A stretch of 64,000 nt of DNA. Source: Phoronis australis (taxonomy: Eukaryota; Animalia; Phoronida). Positions 52,019 through 64,000 of this stretch are shown here, in pieces. Where the stretch lies: NCBI GenBank assembly GCA_002633005.1, contig NMRA01000655.1, positions 31,599 to 95,598 of the forward strand, written 5' to 3'. How positions within the stretch are numbered: the first letter of the stretch is position 1; the number at the start of each line of letters is the position of its first letter. Below the pieces are notes generated by a model. That model was not told the origin of the DNA. It saw only the letters and a program-made list of their open reading frames with translations, and did no database searches. A program made the position numbers and the translations under genes.

Positions 52019-53512
52019 TGTTCTCAAAACGTTACCCAATAGTCAATACGGCTAGCACACGGGACTCGAACCCGCATAAGACAAAACCACCACAAAGCAG
52101 CCGTTACAGTTCAACAATTAAACACTAGTCCTACAATGTCCAGCAGACCTACATGAATAGACTAAACGTAAAGCCTTAACAGAATTACATGTACTTACTG
52201 GAGTTTTCCTCGTGGCCCAGCTAATAATCTCTCTACAGTGCATCACAACATGTTGAAACCAATATTCGAAATGAGCGCTGTAAATGACTGCTGAGGCTAA
52301 AACCCATCAAAACTGCACTGTGATTGGTTATATTACAATGGTAGCATCTATTTAGCCAATAAACAATTACCTAGGAGCGTGGGTAGACAGCAATTGCAAT
52401 GCACTCTGGAAACGCCCTAAGGTGTACATACAACGCCTCTAGTGGACATAAAGTTCCTAAACAAAAGACTAATGCTCCTGCATTAACATTCCCCCGGAAG
52501 CATGGCATATGCTTAACAATTACAAATATTAAATAATCAAATACAATCGATCACATAAATGTCCGACTTAACAAAATCATTGGTCCTCCATGAGCAGCAG
52601 TACCACAGTCTTGTGAACTGGTCGCTTCAATGTCCCGTTCAGCGTCTTGACCTCGAGGCAGCGTACACGACCACGATCATCTGGATGTACACTAGACACT
52701 CGGCCCATCAACCACTTGTTACGAGGCAGGTTGTCGTCCTTGATGAGAACTACGTCACCAATATTTGCATTACGCTTCGGCGAAGTCCACTTGAGGCGAG
52801 CTTGCAAGGATAGCAGGAATTCGTTTCTCCTTCGTCTCCAGAAGAGGCGAGCTTGCAAGGATAGCAGGAATTCGTTTCTCCTTCGTCTCCAGAAGAGGTC
52901 CGCTAAAAACTGAACACGACGCCATCTCTTTCGCATATAAACATCCTGACGCTGAAACTGGCCCGGGGGAGGCACGACAACTGATGACCTCAGGGTTAAG
53001 ATATCGCTTGGCGACAATGGGTTCAAATCATCTGCGTCGGTCGTCATTGGAGTAAGAGGGCGTGAATTGACGATGGCTTCCGCTTCGCAGAACAAAGTAC
53101 GCAGCGATTCGTCATCCAGACAGCTACCTACATCCTGTCGTATAACCTCCTCTTCCTTGTCCACTAAAGGGAGGCAGTTGTCCACCGTTCTGATCTGCCT
53201 TTCCCAGGCGCCTCCCATGTGGCTGACTGTGGGAGGGTTGAACTTCCAGTCAATGTCAATCTGGAGCATAGTTCGCTGAACTGCCGCATAATCGATTTCT
53301 GCAAGGGCCTCTTTCAATTCCTTGTAAGCACCTACAAAATTTGTCGCGTTATCAGGTTTGCTTGGATGATAAACAGCGTGATGAGGAAGATACCAACAGC
53401 GGCCATCGGGTGTTTGAAGCTTTTCTGTGGGAACCCTTTTGGCGTAACCCTTCTCAACAATGCCTTCTACGAATGCGACGTAGTCATCCCTATACCTTGA
53501 ATCTCGCTGCAC
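52019..53512 (-). mobile_element. BEL/Pao LTR retrotransposon remnant (internally deleted pol/integrase/DUF5641, PPT and putative 3' LTR ~52019-52488)
   Basis: WYLPHHAVYHPSKP joined directly to DNATNFVG...WKFNPP..SHMGGAWER...EAIVNSRPL...RWRRVQ...GDVVLIKDDNLPRNKW...LKRPVHK. The polypurine GGGGGAA precedes TGTTAA on the minus strand. The LTR far end is tentative. Confidence 0.85.
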
Positions 53513-53905
53513 CTTCTTCTTCTGTCAGTTTGCATGTGTCACGGCTTGCTGTCTGTTGGGAGCAACGGGTAAACGCCGTAAGGACACACACAACGGATCG
53601 TCATTGTCACGTGGTCTCCTGACATGGAATTTTCTCCTGAAAAGAAATTCTCTCCAGACAAGAAATTCTATGCCCTGACATAATAAATTGTGTGTCCCAG
53701 TATGATAAATTTTGGTTTTGAGTACATTTTTTGGTCACGCAGAGAGTCTAATTCTTGAACAGAAAACTGGTGTCCGGCAGTGGGATTTTGTCTGCTTTGG
53801 CTTTCCATAGGTAAGCAACCAACCACTGCATTTCAGACTCGTTACTGGCATAAAACTCTTGTTAACGGCATTTAAATGAAAATCCACCCGCAATCAATGG
53901 GTTCC

Positions 53906-54720
53906 ATGCGCCCACATATATGTAATCATATATACGGGGCGCACTATGTCGTCATCCTTGCCGTCCGCCGGTCCGTCCATTGACATCCACTGCTGTTTCT
54001 CCAATGTTCATGAAATTTTGCAGATATGTTTCTCAATACCCTGAGAAGGCGCAAGCGTTTTTTTTAGAAACGTTCATCTTGATCCGACTCTGTGTATGCG
54101 CCCTAGGGCCATTTAATTTTTACGTTTGCCTTGTAAGTATCTTCGTAGTTCCTTGGATTCATTGTTATGAAATTTGACGAATAGGTACCTTTTAAAGAGA
54201 TGACGCTACGTTTTCGTTATCGTATAGATTCGTCATATTCTGCGCCACCTAGTGGCCATTTTGACGGTTAAACCACTCTGAGGATCATTACGACTTAAAA
54301 TTAGCATATGTGCTCCTACTAGCAAGGACAACCTTTGGAACTTCATTGTTTAATTTGGAAAACGTATTTCTAAGAACGTGCTCAGATGATAACGACTCTC
54401 GGACGGATCAGACTACCGCTGGGGACACCCTAGAGCAATTTTAGGTTTTTCTTTTTTGCTCCATCCTCGGAGTTCCTTGGCGAGTTTTTAAGAAATTTGC
54501 CAGATGTTTTTCGTCGCTTTTCCGCCTTCATATCGATTTGCTGTCAATAATTTACGCCACCTAGGGGCCACTTATATTTTTTGAGTGTTTTTGCCTACGG
54601 TTCTCTATCGACCAAACCCGTGTAAGCACCGTTATGAGAGCACGACTGTCTGACACTTCCTTTGGTTTTAGTTTTCTGCGTTTTCATTTCCTCTTTATAT
54701 AAGGATTTCACTGAAATTCG
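53906..54720 (+). repeat. Degenerate copy of the first HINE-like family
   Basis: ATGCGCCCAC...GGGGCGCA, a (CCGT)n-like tract, TTCATGAAATTT and GCGCCACCTAGTGGCC, shared with 3756 and 8131. Confidence 0.6.
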
Positions 54721-56166
54721 GTTAATAGGTTTCCATTAAAGAGACGATAATGTTTTCCTATTTTGGAAAATTATACAAATTAAGTCCGCCATGATGCAAA
54801 ATTTGCTTACCAAATACTGCAGTTATATTATTTTTATGTTTTTACCCATGTTTCCGTGGTCAGTGAATTTAATGAAGCTACTTTTGAGGTGTATGCATCG
54901 ATAATTTGAATAAATTATATTATGCAAATTAAGGCAGCCATCAAGGAAAATTCTACTTGTGCCTATAACTGCGGCATCAAACACCACAGGTAAATTAGAC
55001 TGATATTTATTCAAATAAAGGCCGCTATTAATTAAAATTCTGTTTCTGCTCATATTTTTCTTACATGTGGATTACTTTGATATTTGCACTAATGCTTTAT
55101 AGCCAAAGTGCTTAAAACAACCATTTACCTTGTTTTGACAAATGACTACAATGTCACCACCATTAAACCTTCCTTTATAACACTGCATATAACAATCGTG
55201 AATTTAATAACCAAAAAACGAGAAAATAAAAGAAAGGCGACTTAGTTTCTTAGCTCCATGGACATTTGTGTAACCTATGAATGTATCCAGCACCAGTGTG
55301 CCATGTCCACCCACACGCAATGGCTCAGTAGTGCTATGATTGGCTTTCCCAATTTTACGCAATATGTATCGACAAATATATACTCGTAGCTCGGGATCAC
55401 CTAATTAACTTATTATACGACAGTGTTTGCGGCAGTTCTAATTTGACATCTGATAGACTGATGGAGCTGTTTTTTTGAGTGTTTTTGATGTGAAATTGGT
55501 GCTTTTTAGTACGTTAACACAAACAAATTGCACATCATAAATTTGCATAATTCATGTAAATTATGTCCACCAACAGTAGTCTAGGTCATCGTCTTTGTTA
55601 TACTAACTCTGAATGGTTTGAATAAGGTAGAGAGACTTGTATGACTGCACAAAGAAACAGAAACAAGATCTTAAATTATTTTGAGACGTGTTCTATTATA
55701 ATCTCCGTTCTCTTTGTGATGTCACCATTATCATACAACGATATATTCATATGGATATCCTTCACTCCTCGTTTGTCTCACAACTACAGCATCAAGCTTA
55801 GCAAGACTTGTTTAAGATTTCCTAAAACAATAACTGAGACACAACGTGACATGTTTTCTTTTCTCAGCTTATCAAAACAAAGCAAAATTCGAGGTTTGAG
55901 GTCCTTCCAAATAAATTTTTCTAAATGGAATTCTGTTTCACTTCAGTAGCAGCCTATCGCAGAAACCTTTGTTTACGATTGCCAGTACATGCACGTTAAG
56001 GACCTCAATTGTTTGGACATGTACATTGTACACGGTCATCAAAAATTACCACTACAGACCGTGTGATCGACGCAGCGAGTTTCTTACAATTCCAAAAAAT
56101 CATTGCAAAAGAAGTACTCTTTGGGAAGAAGTACCGATTATATCGACATATAAAACTAACAAGATC

Positions 56167-58565
56167 ATTACTCTGCGCGTGCAAGCGCAGAGTACTGTTG
56201 TTCCTGGGTTTTCTTCAATTTTATTACTCTGCGCGTGTAATCGCAGAGTACTATTGTTCCTGGGTTTTCTTCAATTTTCTTCTTCTTATTATTCTTCTTC
56301 CGACCAACTTTGAGGCTTAATAACTCCAAATTGGTTGCAGGTACGGTCTTTAAATTCAGCATATGACTTTTGACAGTATATAAATTTTGATTGGTTATAT
56401 AATTATATTCCATATTGCACCGGAAGAGGTCGTTTGGTGCAAAGGTCATATAATTTTCAAAATGCTACTGCTCCTTTAGTTTTAAAGCTATCTTTTTCAA
56501 ATTTGGTGCACAGGTATACGTCAACATGAAAATTTAAAAAATTACTTTTCTAAGTAATCGGGTCATCCAATCAGGTGAAATAGGTCAAAGGTCATTAGGT
56601 GCAAACTAAAATTTTGAGCTAGACACTTCAAATTGACAGGTCTGATTGCCACAGATAAATCAAATCGGAATCCAAAGTTTCAGGTCATTTAGTGCAAACA
56701 TGGGGTCATTAGGTGCATTTTTCTTCTGAAAATTTGACCTTTTCAATCGGCAAGTATTCTGATGTGTCAACCGTTAGACAACTGTGATTCTCAGCGTTAA
56801 ACACATTTTCCATGGGCTTTGCAATAATTCTACTAAAGATGCTTAAAATGCACCGGATAGGGTCAATTAGTGCAAAGGTCATCTAACATTCAAAATATTA
56901 TATCCCCTATATTTTTCAAGGAATTCTTTTCAATTTCAGCACATTGGTGTAAGTCAACATGCCAATTGAATACCCTACTTTACTTTGCAATAGGCCTAAC
57001 CAATCAGAAAAAATAGGTCAAAGGTCATTGAATGCAAACTAAAATTTTGAGCTAGAGACATCAGATTTACGCATCTGTTTACTAAGTGCGATTGAGTTTG
57101 AATTCTAAATTTTCAGGTCATTTGGTGCACCCATGGGGTCATTAAGTGCATTTTTCTTCTGAAAGTTTGACCACTTCATTCACCTTGTATTCTGAAGTGC
57201 TTAAAGTAAAACAACTGTGTTTATTAGCCTTAACCACAATTTTAATCGAGTTAACAATTACTCCCTCATCGTGGCTCATAATGCACCGGAAGAGGTCAAT
57301 TAGTGGAAAGGTCATCAAAAATTAATATGTAATTTCTCCTACAATTTTAAAGAATTCCTTTTCATATTGGTAAACGGGTTGTTGTCAGTAACTTCCCACA
57401 ATAATTCCAGTAATACACACGCGCAGAGTCCGTTATTGTCACGCCGTGACAATAATCTTTCTAGTTCTTCTTATTCTTATTCTTCTTCCTACCAACTTTA
57501 ACACTTAAGACTCCAAAATTATTGGAGGTATGTTCTTCAAATTTAACATAAGATTTTCGGCAGTATATAAATTTTGATTCATTATATATTCATATTCAAT
57601 AAAGCACCGGAAGAGGTCATTTGGTGCAAAGGTCATTTAATTTTTAAGTGCTACTCCTTCTTTAGTTTAAAAGATATTCTTTTCAAATTCGGTACACATG
57701 TATAAGTCAAGAAGGCAATTTAAAAAATTACTTTTTCTAAGTAATCGGGTCATCCAATCAGGTTAAATAGGTCAAAGGTCATTAGGTGCAAACTAAAATT
57801 TTGTACTAGACACTTCAAATTCACAGGTCTGATTGGCACAGCTAATTCAATTCGGAATTCAAAGTTTCAGGTCATTTAGTGCAAACATGGGGTCATTCGG
57901 TGCATTTTTCTTCTGAAAATTTGACCTTTTCAATCAGCAAGTATTCTGATATGTCAACCGTTAGACAACTGTGATTCTCAGCATTAAGCGCATGTTCAAA
58001 ATGTTATATCTCTTACGTTTATCAAGCAATTCTTTTCAATTTCAGCACACTGGTGTAAGTCAACACGCCAATTGAATTCCCTACTTTACTTCGCAATAGG
58101 CTAAACCAAAGCGAAAAAATAGGTCAAAGGTCATTGGGTGCAAACTAAAATTTTGAGCTAGAGACTTCAAAATTACATATCTGTTTACTAAGTGCGATTG
58201 AGGTTGAATTCTAACTTTTCAGGTCATTTGGTGCACCCATGGAGTCATTAGGTGCATTTTTCTTCTGAAAGTTTGACCAATTCATTCATCTTGGATTCTG
58301 AAGTGCTTAAAATAAAGCATCATTCTGTGATTCTTAGCATCAATTGAGTTTAGAATTTTTCCCTCATCGGGGCTCCTAATGCACCGGAGGTGGTCAATTA
58401 GTGGAAAGGTCATCAAAATATTAACATGTAATTTCTCCTACAATTTTAAAGAATTCCTTCTCATATTGGTAAACGGGTTACTGTCAATAACTTCCAATAA
58501 CAATCCCAGTAATACGCATGCGCAGAGTCCATTATTGTCACGCCGTGACAATAATCTTTCTAGTT
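56167..58565 (+). mobile_element. Two tandem Helentron/Helitron-like non-autonomous elements with internal AGGTCA-rich repeats
   Basis: 5' ACTCTGCGCG..GCGCAGAGT palindromes and TTC/TTATTC microsatellite. Each unit ends GCGCAGAGTCC + hairpin TTATTGTCACGCCGTGACAATAA + CTAGTT (~57460, ~58560). Confidence 0.7.
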
Positions 58566-59777
58566 ATTATTTGAAATTCAAAAATATTGATCTTCCAGTT
58601 GTTCATTATTTCAATCCCATTAATGCTTTTGCGGGATGTCTCATGATGTTGGTTGATTCTATTTTCCATGAACATATTTTGAGTTTTTTGTTACTTTATT
58701 TCTGTTTAAAACTAGTTGACTGGGCCGTATTGACATGATGCTAAAGGGGACTTTTTCCGCGCTGCCTCTCCGAAAGGCTTGCCACACATATACTCTACTA
58801 CTAAGTTCACACAAGAGGCGAAAACGGCTAGCAAATTCGATGGCTAGAAAGGTGGCGAAAACACTAGCGTTTTAATCAGACAGACGTTGCGAGATGGTAC
58901 GTTCGTCAGAAAGTGTCTAAAAGATATTTTGGATGGTCTTTAGCATTCCATGCCTCTTTAAAAAATGAAATACGAAAGCAAGCACTAGAATCTTGGGTGC
59001 CCTGCTTCAACAATTTCACACAGAAAATCATTATTTTTCAAGCTTGGCTGAGCACGTGACTCGCGTCACGTGTTTAAGGTGTGGTTTTAACCCTACTTTT
59101 ACGAATTTCACTTTATTGAGGTGTCAAAAAGATATACAACTAGAACTAATAAAATTTCGTTTCATGGGTACCGAAACAACTCAATCAACTCCACTGGCGT
59201 GTTGCAAAATGCGGACAATCACTAAGAGAAACAGCATCACCTCAGCATACTAGAAAGAACGACGTCTCGTAAACTTCGACTATTCCCGTTTATTTTCGGG
59301 GGCGAAACGGAGGGCTGTTCCGGGTACATCAAACGTGAAGCCCTGAACTAAGCACTGCTTGATCTAGGATACCACAATAATGGGCATTTTTTAAAGAAAA
59401 ATCTACGCGGAAGTTTGTGTGTCAGCGGCGATTGATTATGTTCGTATTGGAATGTGGACTCTTGCATGTGGTTACGCAGGATACTAAACCTTGTTTTGAT
59501 GATTTCGACCAATCCTCACGGTGTCACCTGCTAATGTATCACTGGTGTCAATCTTGAAAGATAAATGCAGGAAATAAATGAAAACTCATAACCTTTATCA
59601 TATATTACAACTTTTTGTACTTAATAATTCAGTTAGCAACACGCCAATCGTCATTTATCAAGTACCTACATAGGCTAAATTTCACTGTGTATTTTGCCGT
59701 AAGTATACAATTCAGTATAGCTACAATTAGCAGTCTGTATATTTACTAATCCCTTACAACCCAGGCAGCAACCAAAA

Positions 59778-62700
59778 CTAAATAAAATTAACCCGTGTTT
59801 GATGCAGGCTACTGCACTTCCCAAAACTTCTCCAGTTATTTCGCCTCCTCACTAGCCTTTCCCTGTGCGGAAGAACGCAGAATTCGTCAAACATGCGTTG
59901 ACCTTTGTTGCCCTGTAAAATGTTGATACTACCTGTAGTGTAAGGAATCAGAATATGGTGAAGGTGGACCGTAAAATGATTTAATACCCTGTTTCGGTAG
60001 TTATATCACAAAATCACTTCTTTTCATGCAAGAAATACGGTACGTACGATGAAGTGGTCGGAACTTCCCAAAAGCTGACGACAGTCATAGGATACATGTA
60101 CATTGTATGTTAGTTTGCAAATTTAACCAACTCTGATAGTTATCAAACTTGTTTTACACTTTTTAATGTTGACGAGTAGAGTATTTGCTTCTGTTAATTC
60201 AATATGGTGGATTTTGATACTCAGAAGATTTGTTTACACGTTCAAACAGGGTTTTGCATCCTTTCAAACAGTCATCTATCTTTTACATAAAATCTGTTAG
60301 TTCAAAATAACGAAATTCGTTACCAACACAAGTCATAGGCAAAACATACAAGCCTCATTTCCGCTTGGACAATTCTGAAATTGACCGTACAATATTAAAC
60401 TCTTAGTGCCGGAAGGTGGTGGTTTCAGCGTTTTTTTTGGTAACGGAAAATGGCCTCCTCCCACAATGAAGAACATTATGAGATCAATTTTACGATAGTG
60501 AAAAGTCTAAATTGATCTTCGCTTTTGGCCAGCTAAACAAGGCGACATGCAATTTTAGGCTGTCGTTGTTACGTGACACTTAACTCATTCAAATAACAAA
60601 AAAGATTCGACGTATAATAGAGCAAAAACGTAACCATTGTATTTCATATTCCCACCTGTTGTATTTCGTTTTCCACTTTTCGCTGCGCAGAATACACTTC
60701 AGGCAACATGTACTTGATGCCGCACTGAGTCACTGCTTCGCTGAAGTGTTTCGCCTTCATTAGGATACTGATGATGACTCGACCACTTATGCTGAAACGC
60801 CAAAATGCTCAGATTAGAAAGCGATGTTTTTGTGACATGTCTTGTCGACAAAATGTGCAGTGAACACAGACACAATGATATTGTCGCCCCTCAACTATGT
60901 TGAGAAGTTTACCATGTTTGTTTGGCACAAAGATGGCTCCAGATCGAGTCAGCGGAAGGCCCATGGAATTGTACAAAAGTCGAAAACAAAGTTGCAACAA
61001 GTTGATGGGGGCAAAATCCGATAGGCTTTCAATTTTGATCGAGCTGATGTACTGCCTACACTCGAAATAAGTCGAAAATTTGATTCTGCCAAAATTTTTC
61101 CTGCCGAATTTCCCTTCAAGTATTCGTGATTAGATGATAAATGCGAGTGTGGAACCTCCGCCAACCAACAAGAGAGCCGGTCAAAATGGATTCTTACCCT
61201 TCGGAACACCGTTACAGTAATGTCATATATCAATTACCGAATGTCTCTCGGTCCTTCTTTTTCAAAGTACCACAAAGCTTCAAGGAGTTTACTGAATATC
61301 TTTTTATTTCGAACTATCTGTGTGCTGCTACCCACGTCAACGACAATGTTAATCATCCACCTGGCCACTTTGCATCTAACTCGAGGATGTCGATGTCTGT
61401 AAAATTAAGACCATAACGAAATAGTAATTTATCAGACTTTGAATTTCATCCTGTGCCCTTGATCTCCAAACTTTACCCGACACTAGACTCGTAAATCAAG
61501 TTATCCCGTGGCACACCCTGTGTAAATTTTGAAATTCGACGCGATATGGGTAAGCACTATTCGAGTCGAGTCTCGAAATAAAAGTCGGTGGTCTCGGGCT
61601 AGGCTAGTTGTTCTCCCATCTCACTGGGTGGATTTGCTGAAATGCCCATTCGCATTGCGCCGTTGGATTGCCGCGAGCTCCACTGACAGACTGAGATGTT
61701 GAAGTGAAGGTACTCGAAGGTATCTGGAGGCGTTATATTTGTTAGTAAGCTTGTCCGGCGCTGCTTTGGATGACCGATATTAAAATAACATTTTCTTTTG
61801 TGGATATGGTGTGTTACGCTATCCATTAAAATGCCAGTGGCCAATATTAAAAATTAATTCCCGTAATTCGTTTTTCTTTGCAAGCGCAAGAAGAACAGTC
61901 AATAGATTTCAACGCATACCTACTCCCTGTGTTGATCAAAACGGCTAGCGTTGTCAGTGGTTGTACGCAAGAAATAATAGTCTGGATGACCTTCTCCGAT
62001 TCTTTACTAATTTTGTCGTTGTCAGAAGTCAGTCTTGATAATAAGACCTTGCACAGCGTGTCCAATTCCTAATCAATAAAAGATAGAAACGCACAAAAGT
62101 TGCAAAACTGTCATTTCTATAACGCACGACATGCGCAAAAACGGAGATTCATGATGTCAGGACAGTTTTGCTGCTCAGCATCTTGAATTGCAGTGCCGAA
62201 TGATAGGACGACCCCCTGAGTTTGCTCGTTGGTTTAAACGTTGGTTGTAGTTCACTCGCGTACACGAACAAGTACAACAGTTTAGCAAAGAATACGACTA
62301 CCATAAGTGTAATGACGTGTTCATAACATATTGAGAAAGTGTCTACAGTATTTTGAAAAGTTTGCAGTTGTGAGGTTTTTAATGTAGTACATTTCTGCGA
62401 CGTTGTAGTGGAATAGTTTTAGCTTAGACGATTTGTCGTTATAAACATTATCTCTACTTGTTGCTTGCTCAAATCAGACGTCATACCTGCGCTTGGCAAG
62501 ATTTGCGTCTTGGCATAAAATAACCGCCTGGTAAATTTAACTTTTGAGCCCGACCAATGGCATAACTGTTGTCAGTTATGTCCGAGTCCAAAAATAAATT
62601 CTTGTTTCAATAACAAACAAGTAGTACTAGTGCTGTAGCGATAAATGGCTTAAAGTTAAGGTTTTTTTCACGGAAGGCAGTAATAAAGGACGGGAGAAAT

Positions 62701-63665
62701 CCTTAACATACCATCTCGATGGAGTAAGGGAATGCCATGATGAGTTCGCCTACTGCGTTGGCTGCACTAATCACAATCCTCGGTCTGGTGCTGCAGGTCA
62801 GTTTACTTGCAAGCCAGTCGCAGATGGCGCCAAGTTTTTCTTCCATCAGGCCAGAATGGTGCTTGGTCAGCCGCCGTATCTCCGTCAAAATGTCGGGTTC
62901 TTTGCGCCTATGAACCGGTAGAATGGATCGCAAACCGTATACTTTCACAAGCCTTACTCAGAACAAGGTCATATTAATCTATACAGTATGTCCACACGGC
63001 AAATATTCGACAAGGGTAACGTAGTTGGGGTTGTGGATCTATTGGTTTAGGTCATAGTGAAGTTACTAACAGTGAATGGACGACTGTAGTGCAAGAAATG
63101 GAGTTAAGTAGTCGTTGGATCATACTTTAAACGGATGCCATCCCATGGCTTTGAAAAACAAAAGAAAACGTGCAGACACGTGGAGCCAAAATAAACATCG
63201 ATTTCTCTGACTAAGCTTGTCGCAATACTTTTACGAAACACCGTATCATTATAATGGACAGCTGACCAGTCATTCTTCTCTCGAAGTTTCTTCAGAAGTT
63301 GAACCATATCATTGCTCGGAGATTGACAAGGACGAAGTTGTTCGACTAGGGGATAGAATGGAGGCTCTCCCTCCCATGGAGGCTGGCTGGAACAAACGTG
63401 CGAGCAAATAATTTATGTTTAGCCATTTCCCTCGACAAAATCAATAAGTAAAAACATTGGGCCAAGTTAAGTGAAGTTTAACTCTACCAAATCGTGTAAA
63501 ATAGATTGTCTAGCGTCACAGTTGACATATCAAAAATTTTATTAGATGTAGCCCAAACACAATCATTAAAAATGACGCTGATTTAGATGTGTCGGAAGAC
63601 GTCATGCTTTTTGTCCTACACTAGGGCTGACTTCAGTAGACCGCAAAGCGTTAGCTTACACTCAT
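59778..63665 (-). CDS. Single TOG/HEAT-repeat protein, TOGARAM/FAM179 (crescerin)-like, ~298 aa; exons 63665-63660, 63382-63267, 62907-62712, 62068-61920, 61396-61238, 60791-60656, 59912-59778
   Basis: Seven phase-compatible GT-AG exons without stops: LRPCQSPSNDMVQLLKKLREKNDW|RKEPDILTEIRRLTKHHS...PRIVISAANAVGEL|ELDTLCKVLL...ESEKVIQTII...LINTGS|RHRHPRVRCKVARW...EGPRDIR|ISGR, a TOG-domain pattern. The first exon (gccATGAGT|gtaag) is tentative. Confidence 0.75.
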
Positions 63666-64000
63666 GGCAAAAAAATCACTTATGGAACCGAAAACTGCAA
63701 TCTCATAATGCAACACTCCAACCTTGTCGATCAATCCTTCAGTGGCCACCAGTTTGCTGGGACAAGCTATTAAGGTTCCCGAGAATACTCGCCGAACACT
63801 CTTTTTTCAATCACGTCTTGCGGCATCTTGCCTTTAAAGGCGAAGGCAACCCTTTTTCATGTCATTTTTAGCATAAATAGGGTTCGTTGACTATCCCAGA
63901 CACATTTTTCATTTAATTACAGCTTTTCGTAATTTGATTAATTTCTCGTCCTCTACTCCGGAAGTGACGTTTTGGGAGGCAAGTGTTTCGAGCCAATTTC

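Larger units (their letters stand above)
42300..53809. mobile_element. IS3EU-type DNA transposon shell (TATGG...CCATA, 6-bp TSD) containing nested insertions
   Basis: TSD GGTAAG at 42294-42299 and 53810-53815. TIR TATGGAAAGCCAAAG / CTTTGGCTTTCCATA with ~200 bp of imperfect extension. TAY..RTA termini with a 6-bp TSD fit IS3EU; no cognate transposase seen. Confidence 0.72.

Noticed and set aside
43886-52165. TAGACTCTATTCACG / CATGAATAGACTA as the ISL2EU termini
   Set aside because: The match is short and imperfect, no TSD was seen, and the right-hand copy falls within the putative BEL LTR.

Overview
Repeat-rich, intron-containing animal (invertebrate-like) genomic DNA with two long N gaps (4119-4979, 38342-38711) and single-N joins (11016, 18197). 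Host-derived content: a degraded BIRC6 (Bruce/Apollon) pseudogene in two exon blocks that lie out of protein order (1-7920 and 13470-15115), and an apparently intact 7-exon single-TOG/HEAT (TOGARAM/FAM179-like) gene on the minus strand (59778-63665). The main discovery is a ~20.3-kb giant KDZ (Kyakuja-Dileera-Zisupton) DNA transposon (15240-35534). It is bounded by an 8-bp TSD (CAAATTTC), 15-bp inverted repeats inset 4 bp, and ~108-109-bp subterminal arrays. It carries a 5-exon CxC5/CxC6-KDZ transposase plus cargo: a split DUF3987-type P-loop NTPase gene, an ORF resembling the primase large-subunit C-terminal/PriX helical domain, and several small orphan ORFs. Other mobile DNA: an L1/Tx1 3' remnant, two Penelope GIY-YIG fragments, a Gypsy pol remnant, Helentron/DINE-1-like non-autonomous elements, and a nested stack of IS3EU-type shell > ISL2EU (THAP-DDE + SWIM-YqaJ) > P-like element, plus a BEL/Pao remnant. 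All family assignments come from motif recognition by eye; no searches were run.
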